Shown here in pieces: positions 19,031 through 28,971 of a stretch of 52,013 nt of DNA. The DNA lies in assembly GCA_039091535.1 (NCBI GenBank), contig JAWCLW010000005.1, forward strand, positions 1 through 52,013, in the 5' to 3' direction. How positions within the stretch are numbered: position 1 is the first letter of the stretch; every line of letters begins with the position of its first letter. Both the position numbers and the translations under genes were made by a program. This DNA is from Candidatus Aenigmatarchaeota archaeon. GTDB lineage: Archaea > Aenigmatarchaeota > Aenigmatarchaeia > GW2011-AR5. The notes beneath the pieces were generated by a model that saw only the letters and a list, made by a program, of their open reading frames with translations, had not been told where the DNA came from and did not search any database.

Positions 19031-20323
19031 TCACCAACATATACCTTCAAAGTGCTTGACTTTATTCTTATCCAATGTTTTTCTTCCTTCGATAATTATT
19101 TTATTTTTCATTACAGAAAAATCTTTGTCTGTTAACATTTTGAATTCATCCCAATCAGTTAAAATAAGGCATGCATCTGCATTTTTTAGTGCATCATAAA
19201 TATTTTTTGTATATTTTATATTTGGTATTATTTTTTTCATATTGTTTATCGCCTTTGGATCAAATGCATATATATTTGCCTTTTCATTTAATAATTTTTT
19301 GATTATATCAATTGAAGCAGAATCACGAACATCATCTGTTCCTGCTTTGAAAGCAAGACCAAGAATTGCAATTTTTTTATTTTTAAAATTCTTAATTTTA
19401 TTTTTTAATAATTCTATTATGAGCAATCTTTGTTTCCTATTTACATCTAAAACACTATTCAATATCTTCATTTCATATTTCAAATCTTTTGCCTTATTTA
19501 TTAATGCGGATATATCTTTTGGAAAACATGAACCACCAAAACCAATACCAGCATTCAAAAAATATGGAGCAATTCTTTTATCGTATCCCATAGCTTTTGC
19601 AACATCATAAGTATCTATATTTAATTTTTTGCATATATTACCAATTTCATTTATGAAAGATATTTTTGTTGCAAGAAACGCGTTTGATGCATATTTCACC
19701 ATTTCAGCAGTTCTTAAATTTATTCTGATTATTGGAGCTTTGAAATCTTTATACAATCTCTCTAATATATCACCAGATTTTTTGTCATACTCACCAATTA
19801 CTATTCTATCTGGATTTAGAAAATCTTCTAAAGCAAATCCTTCTCTTAGAAATTCAGGATTCATGCATACGCCAAAATCCTTTCCTACTTTCTTATTTGA
19901 ATATTTTTCTAGAATTGGTATAATAATTTCTTCTGTTGTTTTTGGTAGAACCGTAGATTTTACAACAATTAAATGATATGTTTTTTTGTTTTTTAATGAT
20001 TTGCCAATTTGTTTTGATGCGGTTTTTATATAATTCAAATTTATACTACCATTCTTCATGGATGGTGTTCCAACAGTTATAAATGTAATATCAGAATTAA
20101 GTATTGCATAATTTAAGTTATTTGTCGCAGAAATCATTTTTTTATTCAAACATCTCTTTAGATTTTTTTCAAGACTTTTCTCATAAAATGTTGGTATACC
20201 ATTATTTATGCTTTTAATTTTGTTTTCATCTTTATCTGTACATATTACTTTATTATTTTTTAATGCAAATCCAACACCAGTACATAATCCTACATATCCA
20301 GAACCAACTATCGAAATATTCAT
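19031..20323 (-). CDS. ugd: UDP-glucose 6-dehydrogenase
   Basis: GSGYVG, NPEFLREG, GFGGSCFPKD, GLAFK..TDDVR. Confidence 0.93.
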   Translation of the reverse strand: MNISIVGSGYVGLCTGVGFALKNNKVICTDKDENKIKSINNGIPTFYEKSLEKNLKRCLNKKMISATNNLNYAILNSDITFITVGTPSMKNGSINLNYIKTASKQIGKSLKNKKTYHLIVVKSTVLPKTTEEIIIPILEKYSNKKVGKDFGVCMNPEFLREGFALEDFLNPDRIVIGEYDKKSGDILERLYKDFKAPIIRINLRTAEMVKYASNAFLATKISFINEIGNICKKLNIDTYDVAKAMGYDKRIAPYFLNAGIGFGGSCFPKDISALINKAKDLKYEMKILNSVLDVNRKQRLLIIELLKNKIKNFKNKKIAILGLAFKAGTDDVRDSASIDIIKKLLNEKANIYAFDPKAINNMKKIIPNIKYTKNIYDALKNADACLILTDWDEFKMLTDKDFSVMKNKIIIEGRKTLDKNKVKHFEGICW

Positions 20324-20347
20324 AAATAATTCTTCAAGATTAGTCTT

Positions 20348-20932
20348 TTAAAATTTATTTTCATATAGTATTAATGCAGCCTGATATAGATTATCTGCAA
20401 CTATTACGTTATTTCTAGATTCAATAATTTTTTCTTTATAATTTTTTTCAAATCTTTTCCCATTTTTCTTTATTAAAATACCTTTACCACCAAGATTTAA
20501 CATTGGCTCAATACCTTTCCAGCTATCATCTATGCAAAAACATTTTTTTGGATCTAAGTTATAATCTTTTATAGCTTGTTCAAACATACCAGTTTTTGGT
20601 TTTCTACAATTACAATCAATTTTATATTTTTCTATTTTTGCTTTTGTTGGATGGTGTGGACAAAAATAATAATTAAATTTACTTTTTATACCATTTTTTT
20701 CTAAAATAGAAAACATATAGTTCATTAATTTATGAAGATCATCTTCTGTATAAATACCTCTGGCTATTCCGGATTGATTTGTGATTATTATTTTATATGC
20801 TTTGATTTTATCTAATAATTTTAATCCTTCTATAACACCTGGAATAATTTCAAAATCTTCTATTTTATAAATATAACCATTTCTATTGTAGTTTATTGTT
20901 CCATCTCTATCAATAAAAATGGCCTTATCCAT
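20348..20932 (-). CDS. gmhB: D-glycero-D-manno-heptose 1,7-bisphosphate phosphatase
   Basis: DRDGT, TNQSGIARG, CPHHP...CNCRKP; heptose-operon context. Confidence 0.88.
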   Translation of the reverse strand: MDKAIFIDRDGTINYNRNGYIYKIEDFEIIPGVIEGLKLLDKIKAYKIIITNQSGIARGIYTEDDLHKLMNYMFSILEKNGIKSKFNYYFCPHHPTKAKIEKYKIDCNCRKPKTGMFEQAIKDYNLDPKKCFCIDDSWKGIEPMLNLGGKGILIKKNGKRFEKNYKEKIIESRNNVIVADNLYQAALILYENKF

Positions 20933-20934
20933 AA

Positions 20935-21354
20935 TTAATCATATATACTTTTTATTAAATTAAATTCATCTTCAGGAACTTTTTCACTTTTCTTGTCTTC
21001 TATTCTATAACTATCACTTTCTTTATGATATGTTGATATTTCTAGAATTAGACTATTTTTCAAGCCTGTAAATCTATGTAATGTTTCAGGAAGTATACGG
21101 ATGCTATCACCTCTCTCCAATACAGCCATCCCATCATAAGCTTCTATCAAAACCCTTCCATATAATATATAAAATGTTTCATCCTTTTCTTTATGATAAT
21201 GCATACTACTTCTATAACCTTCCCTTAATTCTAATATTTTTCCACAATATTTTTCATTATTAACTATCCATATTTCATTCCCCCAAATCTTATCATGAAT
21301 TTCTGGTTTATTGAGCATTTTTTTCATTTTTTTACCTTCAATAAATTTTGCCAT
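20935..21354 (-). CDS. Cupin-domain protein (sugar isomerase-like)
   Basis: KIWGNE, SMHYHKEKDETFY, LHRF, EIST. Confidence 0.8.
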   Translation of the reverse strand: MAKFIEGKKMKKMLNKPEIHDKIWGNEIWIVNNEKYCGKILELREGYRSSMHYHKEKDETFYILYGRVLIEAYDGMAVLERGDSIRILPETLHRFTGLKNSLILEISTYHKESDSYRIEDKKSEKVPEDEFNLIKSIYD

Positions 21355-21417
21355 ATTAAATTCCCCTGATCTTTATTTTATAATTTTGATTATTAGTTTT
21401 GATACAATAGCTATCTT

Positions 21418-21900
21418 TTATTTCCCTCTTATCTTTTTAATTATGTCTGTTGTAGATATACCTTCTACCTTTCCTACAAGCATAATTTTACCACCATAAC
21501 TTTCAACCGCATTCCTTTCTATTATTTTATCTATTGTATAATCACCACCTTTTACATGTATATCTGGCTTTAATTTATTTATCCATTTTATTGGATTAAG
21601 ATCATCAAAAAGAAAAACAAAGTCAACACATTCTAAAGCAGCAAGTATCTCCATTCTTTCATTTTCAGGTATGATTGGTCGATTCCCCCCTTTTATTTTT
21701 TTAATTGATTTGTCGCTATTCACACCAACTATCAAAACATCTCCAAGTTTTTTTGCTTCACGAAGATAACGTATATGACCAATATGCAATATATCAAAAC
21801 ATCCATTTGTTGTTACAATTTTTTTTCCATCTTTTCTTAGTTTATTAACAATATCAACAATCTCATTTAATGATTTTATTTTATCCATAAAAATCAACAT
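21418..21900 (-). CDS. rfaE2: D-glycero-beta-D-manno-heptose 1-phosphate adenylyltransferase (HldC / RfaE domain II)
   Basis: TNGCFDILHIGH, GVNSDKSI, RPI, VKGGDY, GISTT. Confidence 0.9.
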   Translation of the reverse strand: MLIFMDKIKSLNEIVDIVNKLRKDGKKIVTTNGCFDILHIGHIRYLREAKKLGDVLIVGVNSDKSIKKIKGGNRPIIPENERMEILAALECVDFVFLFDDLNPIKWINKLKPDIHVKGGDYTIDKIIERNAVESYGGKIMLVGKVEGISTTDIIKKIRGK

Positions 21901-22880
21901 TGTTTGTAATATTTTTTCAAAGCTTCTTTTAATTCATCTCTCGTAACAGTCGCAGTGCCAGGCTTTCTTACAACAAGCCCACCAATAGTATTTGAAATAT
22001 ATGCAGCCTCTTCCAGGCTTGAATTGGAAGCTAATGATAATGACAAACCAGCTATTACACTATCACCAGCTCCAGTTATGTCTACTATCTGGCCATCTCC
22101 TATTGCAGGTATGTCTATGCATTTTCCATTTTCAAATATTGATAATCCTTCCTCACCTTTTGTTACAATCATAGCATTTATACAGAGTTCTTTTATTAGA
22201 TTATATATTTTTTCTTTGTTATTTTCATATTTGCCTATATTTAATTCTATTTCATTTTTATTTGGTTTTATAAGATAAGCACCTCGAAACTTACCTAAAT
22301 TATTTTTTGGATCAACAATAACCTTTTTTCCGATACTATTTGATAAATCTATGATATATTTACACACATCTTCTTTGCAAACGCCTTTGTTGTAATCAGA
22401 AATAACAATTATATCAGATTTGTTTACTAAATCTTTTAATGTATTTTTGAATTTTTCAAAATCTATATTTTGTTTATCATCTTCTCTATCTCGTCTTATA
22501 AATAATTGCTGTTTATATCTATTATCTATAAAACGCTCTTTTAATGTTGTTATACCACCTTTTTTTGTTATAAGATAAGAATCATCTATATTGTTTTTTT
22601 TCATAACTTTTCTAAGAATCCAACCTTCATGATCATCGCCTATTATACCTATTAGATATGGGATGCCATCTAAATTTACAATATTTTTTGCTACGTTACC
22701 AGCTCCACCAGGTGTCTCAAGATTTCCACTTTCTTTTAGAATAATACCAGGTGCTTCAGGTGATACTCGTGTTATATCACCATATGTAAATCTGTCAAGC
22801 ATAATATCTCCAATAATTCCAACTTTTTTGCCAGAAAATTTATCAACAATTTCTAATAGTCTATCTACATTATATTTCAT
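21894..22880 (-). CDS. rfaE1: D-glycero-beta-D-manno-heptose 7-phosphate kinase (HldA / RfaE domain I)
   Basis: GDIMLD, RVSPEAP, GGAGNVA, SDYNKG, VDPK, DITGAGD. Confidence 0.92.
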   Translation of the reverse strand: MKYNVDRLLEIVDKFSGKKVGIIGDIMLDRFTYGDITRVSPEAPGIILKESGNLETPGGAGNVAKNIVNLDGIPYLIGIIGDDHEGWILRKVMKKNNIDDSYLITKKGGITTLKERFIDNRYKQQLFIRRDREDDKQNIDFEKFKNTLKDLVNKSDIIVISDYNKGVCKEDVCKYIIDLSNSIGKKVIVDPKNNLGKFRGAYLIKPNKNEIELNIGKYENNKEKIYNLIKELCINAMIVTKGEEGLSIFENGKCIDIPAIGDGQIVDITGAGDSVIAGLSLSLASNSSLEEAAYISNTIGGLVVRKPGTATVTRDELKEALKKYYKQC

Positions 22881-22894
22881 ACTTTTTCATACTT
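22877..22894 (-). promoter_or_regulatory. Tandem AAGTATGA boxes (10-bp period) at the start of the heptose operon
   Basis: TCATACTT at 22877-22884 and 22887-22894; same 8-mer as the arms at 13567-13587. Confidence 0.45.
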
Positions 22895-22973
22895 TTTAAA
22901 AGTTTAAATAATTAACCCTTATACCGTCTGTGATACAAAATCTTAAAATGTAGAAATATTAATATTAACATTT

Positions 22974-23585
22974 ATGAGAATTATTAAGAAATTTGTGGAA
23001 AATGATGAAAAGATAAAATTAATATCAAATATATTTGATAGTATTATTAAAAATTTTGATTTTATTCAGCATTTTGATTCACTAGAATTTCATGTTAGAG
23101 ACAAAAATATAGTTAAATTATATAACAATACCGCATTGATATCAATAGATTATAATAATGAAATTATTCAGGATAGAGATGAAAGAGCAATAAGATCCAT
23201 GATTTTGCATCAATTGTATCATCTTATTATCAAAAGGCGTTATCAAATAGATATGCCACATCTCATAGAAGATATTCTTATAAACAGAGAAATGATTAAA
23301 GATGGCTATGGTGACGATGTTTTCTATATTTATTATATATATTTAATAAAGAAAAAAGAGGTTGACTTTAATGATTTTATTATAATAAACATACCATGGC
23401 TCAGTTTTTATAGGTTTGATAAATATAATTCTGAGTATCTTAAAGATATGATAAAAAGAATAAAATATAAGAAAGAATATGAAGAAAGAACAAAAAAACT
23501 CTTCGAAATATTAAAAAAAGATTTAACAGATGAAAAGAACCTTAGATATGCAATACATCTATACGAGGTAATGCTATGCAGATAA
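22974..23585 (+). CDS. Hypothetical protein with a degenerate zincin-like HQxxH motif
   Basis: 203-aa ORF, ILHQLYH...IED; overlaps the next gene. Confidence 0.7.
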   Translation: MRIIKKFVENDEKIKLISNIFDSIIKNFDFIQHFDSLEFHVRDKNIVKLYNNTALISIDYNNEIIQDRDERAIRSMILHQLYHLIIKRRYQIDMPHLIEDILINREMIKDGYGDDVFYIYYIYLIKKKEVDFNDFIIINIPWLSFYRFDKYNSEYLKDMIKRIKYKKEYEERTKKLFEILKKDLTDEKNLRYAIHLYEVMLCR

Positions 23586-24391
23586 TAAAATATAAATGGT
23601 ATGATTTCGAGCCATTTTTCATATTAAATAATAACGGACTTTTTAAGATGAAATTATTTATGCAAGATATAAATATTAAGATTGGTAAAAAATTTTGCAT
23701 AGGTTTCTTTAAGGATGGAAAATATAATCAATGTCCTGAAAGTAGGGAAATAGAATATGGCCATCATTGCAATGAGTGTATGATTAATGATGATTTCTTT
23801 CAATGTATCCAATGTGATGGTACAATTTGCATCAATGAAAAAAGACGTAACGAGTGTATAACAAATAATTATTTTATATACTTGGCTGCATTTGATAATA
23901 TTTTGAAGGTTGGTATATCATACGAACATCGTATTATTGAAAGACTTATTGAGCAAGGAGCAGATTTTGGCGCAAAGATAGCATTTGTTAAAGATGGTAA
24001 AAATGTAAGGATTATCGAGCAACAGATCAAAAAGACCTTGAGTATATCTGATAGGGTTAGAGGAGAAGAAAAACAGGCTGTATTATTTGGAAATCCGAAT
24101 AGGTCCGCAATGGCGATATCAAATGCAATAAAAAAACTGAGAAATAATGGTATGGAATATCTTATAAGACCAGAGATTTATGATCTTAGAAAATACTATC
24201 ATCTGGAAAATGTATTTTCAAAACCAAAAGAAATAAAGATAAATGATGATATTGATATATCTGGCAAAGTTGTAGCATCAAAAGGCAATATACTTGTTTT
24301 AATGAGTGATGACAAATTTTATTCAATTAATGCACACAACCTTATAGGAAGAGACATTTTAGATATGAATTCTATTGCAGTAGCAATTTGA
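23576..24391 (+). CDS. DUF2797-like Cys-rich protein
   Basis: FCIG...CP...CNEC...CIQC, IYLA..KVGIS, RLIEQGA. Confidence 0.75.
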   Translation: MQIIKYKWYDFEPFFILNNNGLFKMKLFMQDINIKIGKKFCIGFFKDGKYNQCPESREIEYGHHCNECMINDDFFQCIQCDGTICINEKRRNECITNNYFIYLAAFDNILKVGISYEHRIIERLIEQGADFGAKIAFVKDGKNVRIIEQQIKKTLSISDRVRGEEKQAVLFGNPNRSAMAISNAIKKLRNNGMEYLIRPEIYDLRKYYHLENVFSKPKEIKINDDIDISGKVVASKGNILVLMSDDKFYSINAHNLIGRDILDMNSIAVAI

Positions 24392-24471
24392 TTTAATTAA
24401 ATTTTTTGAAATCTTGAATAATTTTTTCAAATATCTTATGATTTTTAATAATTTTGTAAGATATTAGAATT

Positions 24472-25122
24472 ATGCAAATATGCAAAGGTATAGAAATGCT
24501 TGGTGGTACTGGTAACGATTCTAACATATATCTAGTTGATGGTGAATTACTAGTTGATACGGGAACTGGAATATTTTTTTCTGATATTAAAAGAGAAATA
24601 GAGAAAAAATTTGATATAAACAAAATAATGATGATTGTTAATACACACCATCATTTTGATCACACTGGTGGTAATAAGAAATTTCGTGATTGGCTTAAGG
24701 CGAATATAGCAATACATTCTGCTGATAAAAATGCCTTAGAAAGTGGAAAGACACTTGCAGAATTTTTTGGTGAAAAATCAAAAATTATTACTGCAGATAA
24801 AATATTGAAAAATGGAACAATAATAAAAACAAAAAACTTTATTTTTGAGGTAGTTCATACACCTGGTCATACACCTGGTTCTATATGCCTTTATGAAAAA
24901 AATAAAAGAATTCTTATATCTGGTGACACATTATTTAGTGATGGCATCGGTAGAACAGATTTGCCAGAAGGTGATAAGGACCAGATGCTTAGTTCATTAA
25001 AAAAGTTATTGGGTTATAATATTAATTTTCTTTTGCCAGGTCATGGCACACCAAAACTTGGTGGTATAGATTTCCTTATAAAAAGAATGATCATAAAATT
25101 GAAACAAGAAGATTTTTATTAA
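24472..25122 (+). CDS. MBL-fold metallo-hydrolase (glyoxalase II-like)
   Basis: THHHFDHTGG, HTPGHTPGS, SGDTLF, PGHG. Confidence 0.9.
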   Translation: MQICKGIEMLGGTGNDSNIYLVDGELLVDTGTGIFFSDIKREIEKKFDINKIMMIVNTHHHFDHTGGNKKFRDWLKANIAIHSADKNALESGKTLAEFFGEKSKIITADKILKNGTIIKTKNFIFEVVHTPGHTPGSICLYEKNKRILISGDTLFSDGIGRTDLPEGDKDQMLSSLKKLLGYNINFLLPGHGTPKLGGIDFLIKRMIIKLKQEDFY

Positions 25123-25222
25123 TAAAAATAGATGTTTGGTTCTCTATTTATCTTCGAGGTACTGGGAATCAAACGTAAAATATAAAAATACTTAAATATT
25201 TTATTAATTTTTGGTGGTTCTT

Positions 25223-25678
25223 ATGAAAAAGAAAAAGAGAGACTTTAGATTTTTCTGGGAAGAACCATTTGAAAAAACAATGAAAAACTTTTTTGAGGAA
25301 CCATTTGAATTCAAATTTACATTTCCAAGACTTACATTTCCAGAAACGAGAAGAACAATACCGATAAGTATTGGTCAAACAGATAAGGAGATTATCGTAA
25401 GGGCAGAACTTCCAGGTTTTAAAAAAGATGAGATAAATCTGAATGTTACAGAAAACTATATAGAGATAAGCGCTGAAAAAAAAGAAGAAAAGACTAAGAA
25501 AACAGAGCATGAATTTTATCATGAAAAATCAGTTGGTACAGTAAAAAGAGCGTTCACATTACCGGAACATGTTGATCCAGAAAAAACAGAAGCAAAATTA
25601 GAGGATGGTATTTTGACTATTATAATGCCAAAACTATACCCAGAAACAAAAAAGAAGAAAAAAATTGAGATAAAATAA
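25223..25678 (+). CDS. hsp20: Small heat shock protein Hsp20
   Basis: AELPGFKKDEI, RAFTLP, AKLEDGILTI; ATG 25223 after a GGTGG SD-like sequence. Confidence 0.92.
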   Translation: MKKKKRDFRFFWEEPFEKTMKNFFEEPFEFKFTFPRLTFPETRRTIPISIGQTDKEIIVRAELPGFKKDEINLNVTENYIEISAEKKEEKTKKTEHEFYHEKSVGTVKRAFTLPEHVDPEKTEAKLEDGILTIIMPKLYPETKKKKKIEIK

Positions 25679-25696
25679 ATTAAAATATTTTTATTT

Positions 25697-26266
25697 ATGA
25701 ATATCAATAAATTAAAAAATCAAGCATCCAAATGTAAAAGATGTAGACTTTTTAAAACTAGAAGGAACGTAGTTTTTGGTGAAGGTCGCAGTAATGCAAA
25801 AATAATGTTCATAGGTGAAGCTCCCGGTAAGCAAGAAGATTTAGAGGGTAAACCATTTTGCGGTATGGCTGGAAATATTCTAGATAATATTTTATTAACA
25901 GTAAAAATTGAAAGAAAAAACATTTACATAACTTCCATTCTTAAATGTAGACCTCCAAGAAATAGATTACCTAAGAATGATGAGATAGATGCCTGCTATT
26001 TTTGGCTTGAAAAGCAGATAAAATTTATTAAACCAAAAATAATTGTATTATTTGGTAATGTTGCAACGAAACGAGTCCTTGGTTTAAACCTATCAAAAAT
26101 CATGGGAAAAATAATAACAAACAAAATAAAATATATTCCGACATATCATCCCGCTGCTGTTTTATATAATAGGAAATTACAAGATATAATAGTGAAAGAT
26201 ATAGCAAAAATCAAGCACATCGGTGTTTATAATGAAAAATCAGATTGTTGCAAAGATATTATATGA
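25697..26266 (+). CDS. udg: Family 4 uracil-DNA glycosylase
   Basis: CKRC, GEAPG, KCRPP.NR, TYHPAA. Confidence 0.92.
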   Translation: MNINKLKNQASKCKRCRLFKTRRNVVFGEGRSNAKIMFIGEAPGKQEDLEGKPFCGMAGNILDNILLTVKIERKNIYITSILKCRPPRNRLPKNDEIDACYFWLEKQIKFIKPKIIVLFGNVATKRVLGLNLSKIMGKIITNKIKYIPTYHPAAVLYNRKLQDIIVKDIAKIKHIGVYNEKSDCCKDII

Positions 26267-27938
26267 AATTGCAGATCTTCTCGAGTTAAAGGGTGTCGAG
26301 TTCAAACCATATGCTTATAGGCGCGCAGCACAGACAGTTGAATCATTATCAAAAGATATAGAAGAAGTATATAAGGAAGGAAAGTTAGAAGATTTACCAG
26401 GAATTGGAAAAAATATTGCAAAGAAAATTTCAGAAATTATAGAAACTGGTTCTTTAAAATATTATGAAGATTTGAAAAAGGATATGCCTATAGATTTCGA
26501 AGCATTGCTATCTGTAGAGGGTCTTGGTCCAAAGAAGGTAAAGACTTTATATAAAAAATTAAAGATAAGAAATCTAGATGATCTGGAAAAGGCTGCGAAG
26601 TCTGGGAAGATAAAAAATCTTCCAGGATTTGGTGAAAAGACAGAAAGAGAAATTTTAGAAAATATAGAATTTGCTAGAAAAAGTAAAGAAAGAATGCTTC
26701 TTGGTTATGCATTACCTATTGCTGATGAGATAGAAAATAGATTAAAGAGATTAAAAGAAATAAAAAAAATAAGTGTTGCTGGTTCTTTAAGGAGAATGAA
26801 AGAGACAATTGGAGATTTAGATATTTTAATAGTATCAACAAACCCATCAAAGGTCATGGACTTTTTTACAAAGATGAATGATGTTCAAGATATCTTGGCA
26901 AAAGGACCTACAAAATCTTCCATTAGGCTGAAATCAGGATTGCAAGTTGACATAAGGGTTGTTGATGAAAAATCATTTGGTTCTGCTTTACTTTATTTTA
27001 CTGGTTCAAAGGAACATAATATTGCATTAAGAAAAATAGCAATCGAGAAAAAAATGAAACTTAGCGAATATGGTTTATTTAAGGGTAATATACAAATTGC
27101 AGGTAAAACAGAGGAGGAAGTATATAAAAGGTTAGGAATGGATTTTATCGAACCAGAAATGCGTGAAAATTCAGGTGAGATAGATGCTGCAATGAAACAT
27201 TCATTACCAAAATTGATTAATTATAATGATATCAAAGGTGATTTACAAATCCATAGTAAATGGAGCGATGGTTCAAATAGTATAGAAGAGATAGCATTGC
27301 AAGCAAAGAAAATCGGCTATGAATATATATGCATTACTGATCATACAGGAACATTAAAGATTGCTCACGGTCTTGATGAGAAAAAAATAGAAAAACAGAT
27401 GAAAGAAATAGAGAGTATAAACAAAAAGATAGACGGGATAAAAATACTATGTGGTGCCGAGGTTAATATAAAGGCAGATGGTTCTTTAGATATAAAAGAT
27501 GACATATTGAAAAAATTAGATATAGTAATCGCAGCAATACATAGCGGTTTTAAAAATGATAAGAGGTTCATGACAAATAGGATTTTAAAAGCAATGGAAA
27601 ATAGATATGTTGATATAATAGCACATCCAACAGGAAGGATGATACAGAAAAGAAGGGCATATGATATTGATATAGAAAAATTGTTTGAAAAATCAAAAGA
27701 GACAAACACAATTTTAGAAATAGATTCACAGCCAGATAGATTAGATTTAAATGATATAAATGCAAGAGCTGCTATTGAATATGGTTGTAAATTAGTTATA
27801 AATACAGATGCGCATAATATTGATCATTTAAGATTTATGCGTTTAGGTATTGCTACGGCAAGGCGTGCATGGGCACAGAAAAAAGATATAATAAATACAA
27901 ATAGTTTAAATAAATTGTTGAAGTTTTTTGAAAAATAA
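26232..27938 (+). CDS. polX: DNA polymerase X / PHP domain protein
   Basis: HhH GIG, AGSLRR, GDLDIL, YFTGSKEHN, PHP motifs TDH, AHP, NTDAH. Confidence 0.95.
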   Translation: MKNQIVAKILYEIADLLELKGVEFKPYAYRRAAQTVESLSKDIEEVYKEGKLEDLPGIGKNIAKKISEIIETGSLKYYEDLKKDMPIDFEALLSVEGLGPKKVKTLYKKLKIRNLDDLEKAAKSGKIKNLPGFGEKTEREILENIEFARKSKERMLLGYALPIADEIENRLKRLKEIKKISVAGSLRRMKETIGDLDILIVSTNPSKVMDFFTKMNDVQDILAKGPTKSSIRLKSGLQVDIRVVDEKSFGSALLYFTGSKEHNIALRKIAIEKKMKLSEYGLFKGNIQIAGKTEEEVYKRLGMDFIEPEMRENSGEIDAAMKHSLPKLINYNDIKGDLQIHSKWSDGSNSIEEIALQAKKIGYEYICITDHTGTLKIAHGLDEKKIEKQMKEIESINKKIDGIKILCGAEVNIKADGSLDIKDDILKKLDIVIAAIHSGFKNDKRFMTNRILKAMENRYVDIIAHPTGRMIQKRRAYDIDIEKLFEKSKETNTILEIDSQPDRLDLNDINARAAIEYGCKLVINTDAHNIDHLRFMRLGIATARRAWAQKKDIINTNSLNKLLKFFEK

Positions 27939-27941
27939 ATT

Positions 27942-28967
27942 CTATAAAGCTATACATCTAATTATTTTATTTTCTTCATCGATATCAAATTTTACTGGAA
28001 GAAATTTTTCAATAACCCAAATGTTTGTTTTTGTATGATTTGTGAGCTTTGGAATTCTTATAGAACTATTATTGGTTAATGCCATGTAAGGAAGTAATTG
28101 GTCCTCTGCATGTTCATCAACAGCACCAGATTTAATTTGTTCAATCAGATGCGTGGCCGCTTCTCTTCCAACATCTTCTGCTCTTTTACCACGTTCACCA
28201 AGACCATCACTTCCAAAAAAAGAATTTTCTGTTTTACACCATAGATCAAGTGCAGAGCCAGGACACAAGGAGTCAACATATTTTATTTCTATGTTTGGTT
28301 CGATACCAAACTCATTTAATAACATATTGTATGCTATTTCTCGCTGACGTTCTGCAACCCTCAATTTTTCTAAAAATTTGGATGCATGAGAAATTCCATC
28401 TATTGATATGATTTTACCACATTCGATAATATTTAATGGCTTTAATTTCTTACATGGTTCAATTCTTGCATTAACTTTTGCACCACCTTTTGGATAATAA
28501 CCATATTTTTTTATATCAATCTTTATTTTATACCCCATTTTTTCAAGAAATTGTGATATTACATTTTTTATATAATTAACAGGTGCTGCCCACTTACCAT
28601 TTGTTGCACCACCATCTATTTCTATATTAATAACATCTTTTGCATGTATGGATGCTATTAAAATACTTTGCAATATAAGACCGATACTGCCTGCAGTTGG
28701 TATTTTTATTTTAATTTCACCGGATTTTATTTTATTTGGAAAAAATTCTATCTCTTTTGATTTAAGACTTACACCAATAACTTTTGCATCACAAAGGTTT
28801 GCAACAGCATTTATCGCCTCTATATGTTGATATTGTAACCCTGGATTGCATCTACCTTTTCTGATATTAAAAATTCTACATGGTTTTTCTGTGACAGCTG
28901 ACAATGCAACACCAACCCTGACTATGGAACCGCCTCCCTCTAGATAAGAACCATCTAATTCAATCAT
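27942..28967 (-). CDS. rtcA: RNA 3'-terminal phosphate cyclase
   Basis: DGSYLEGGG, GYYPKGG, DEHAEDQL, TNHTKTN. Confidence 0.93.
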   Translation of the reverse strand: MIELDGSYLEGGGSIVRVGVALSAVTEKPCRIFNIRKGRCNPGLQYQHIEAINAVANLCDAKVIGVSLKSKEIEFFPNKIKSGEIKIKIPTAGSIGLILQSILIASIHAKDVINIEIDGGATNGKWAAPVNYIKNVISQFLEKMGYKIKIDIKKYGYYPKGGAKVNARIEPCKKLKPLNIIECGKIISIDGISHASKFLEKLRVAERQREIAYNMLLNEFGIEPNIEIKYVDSLCPGSALDLWCKTENSFFGSDGLGERGKRAEDVGREAATHLIEQIKSGAVDEHAEDQLLPYMALTNNSSIRIPKLTNHTKTNIWVIEKFLPVKFDIDEENKIIRCIAL

Positions 28968-28971
28968 AAAA

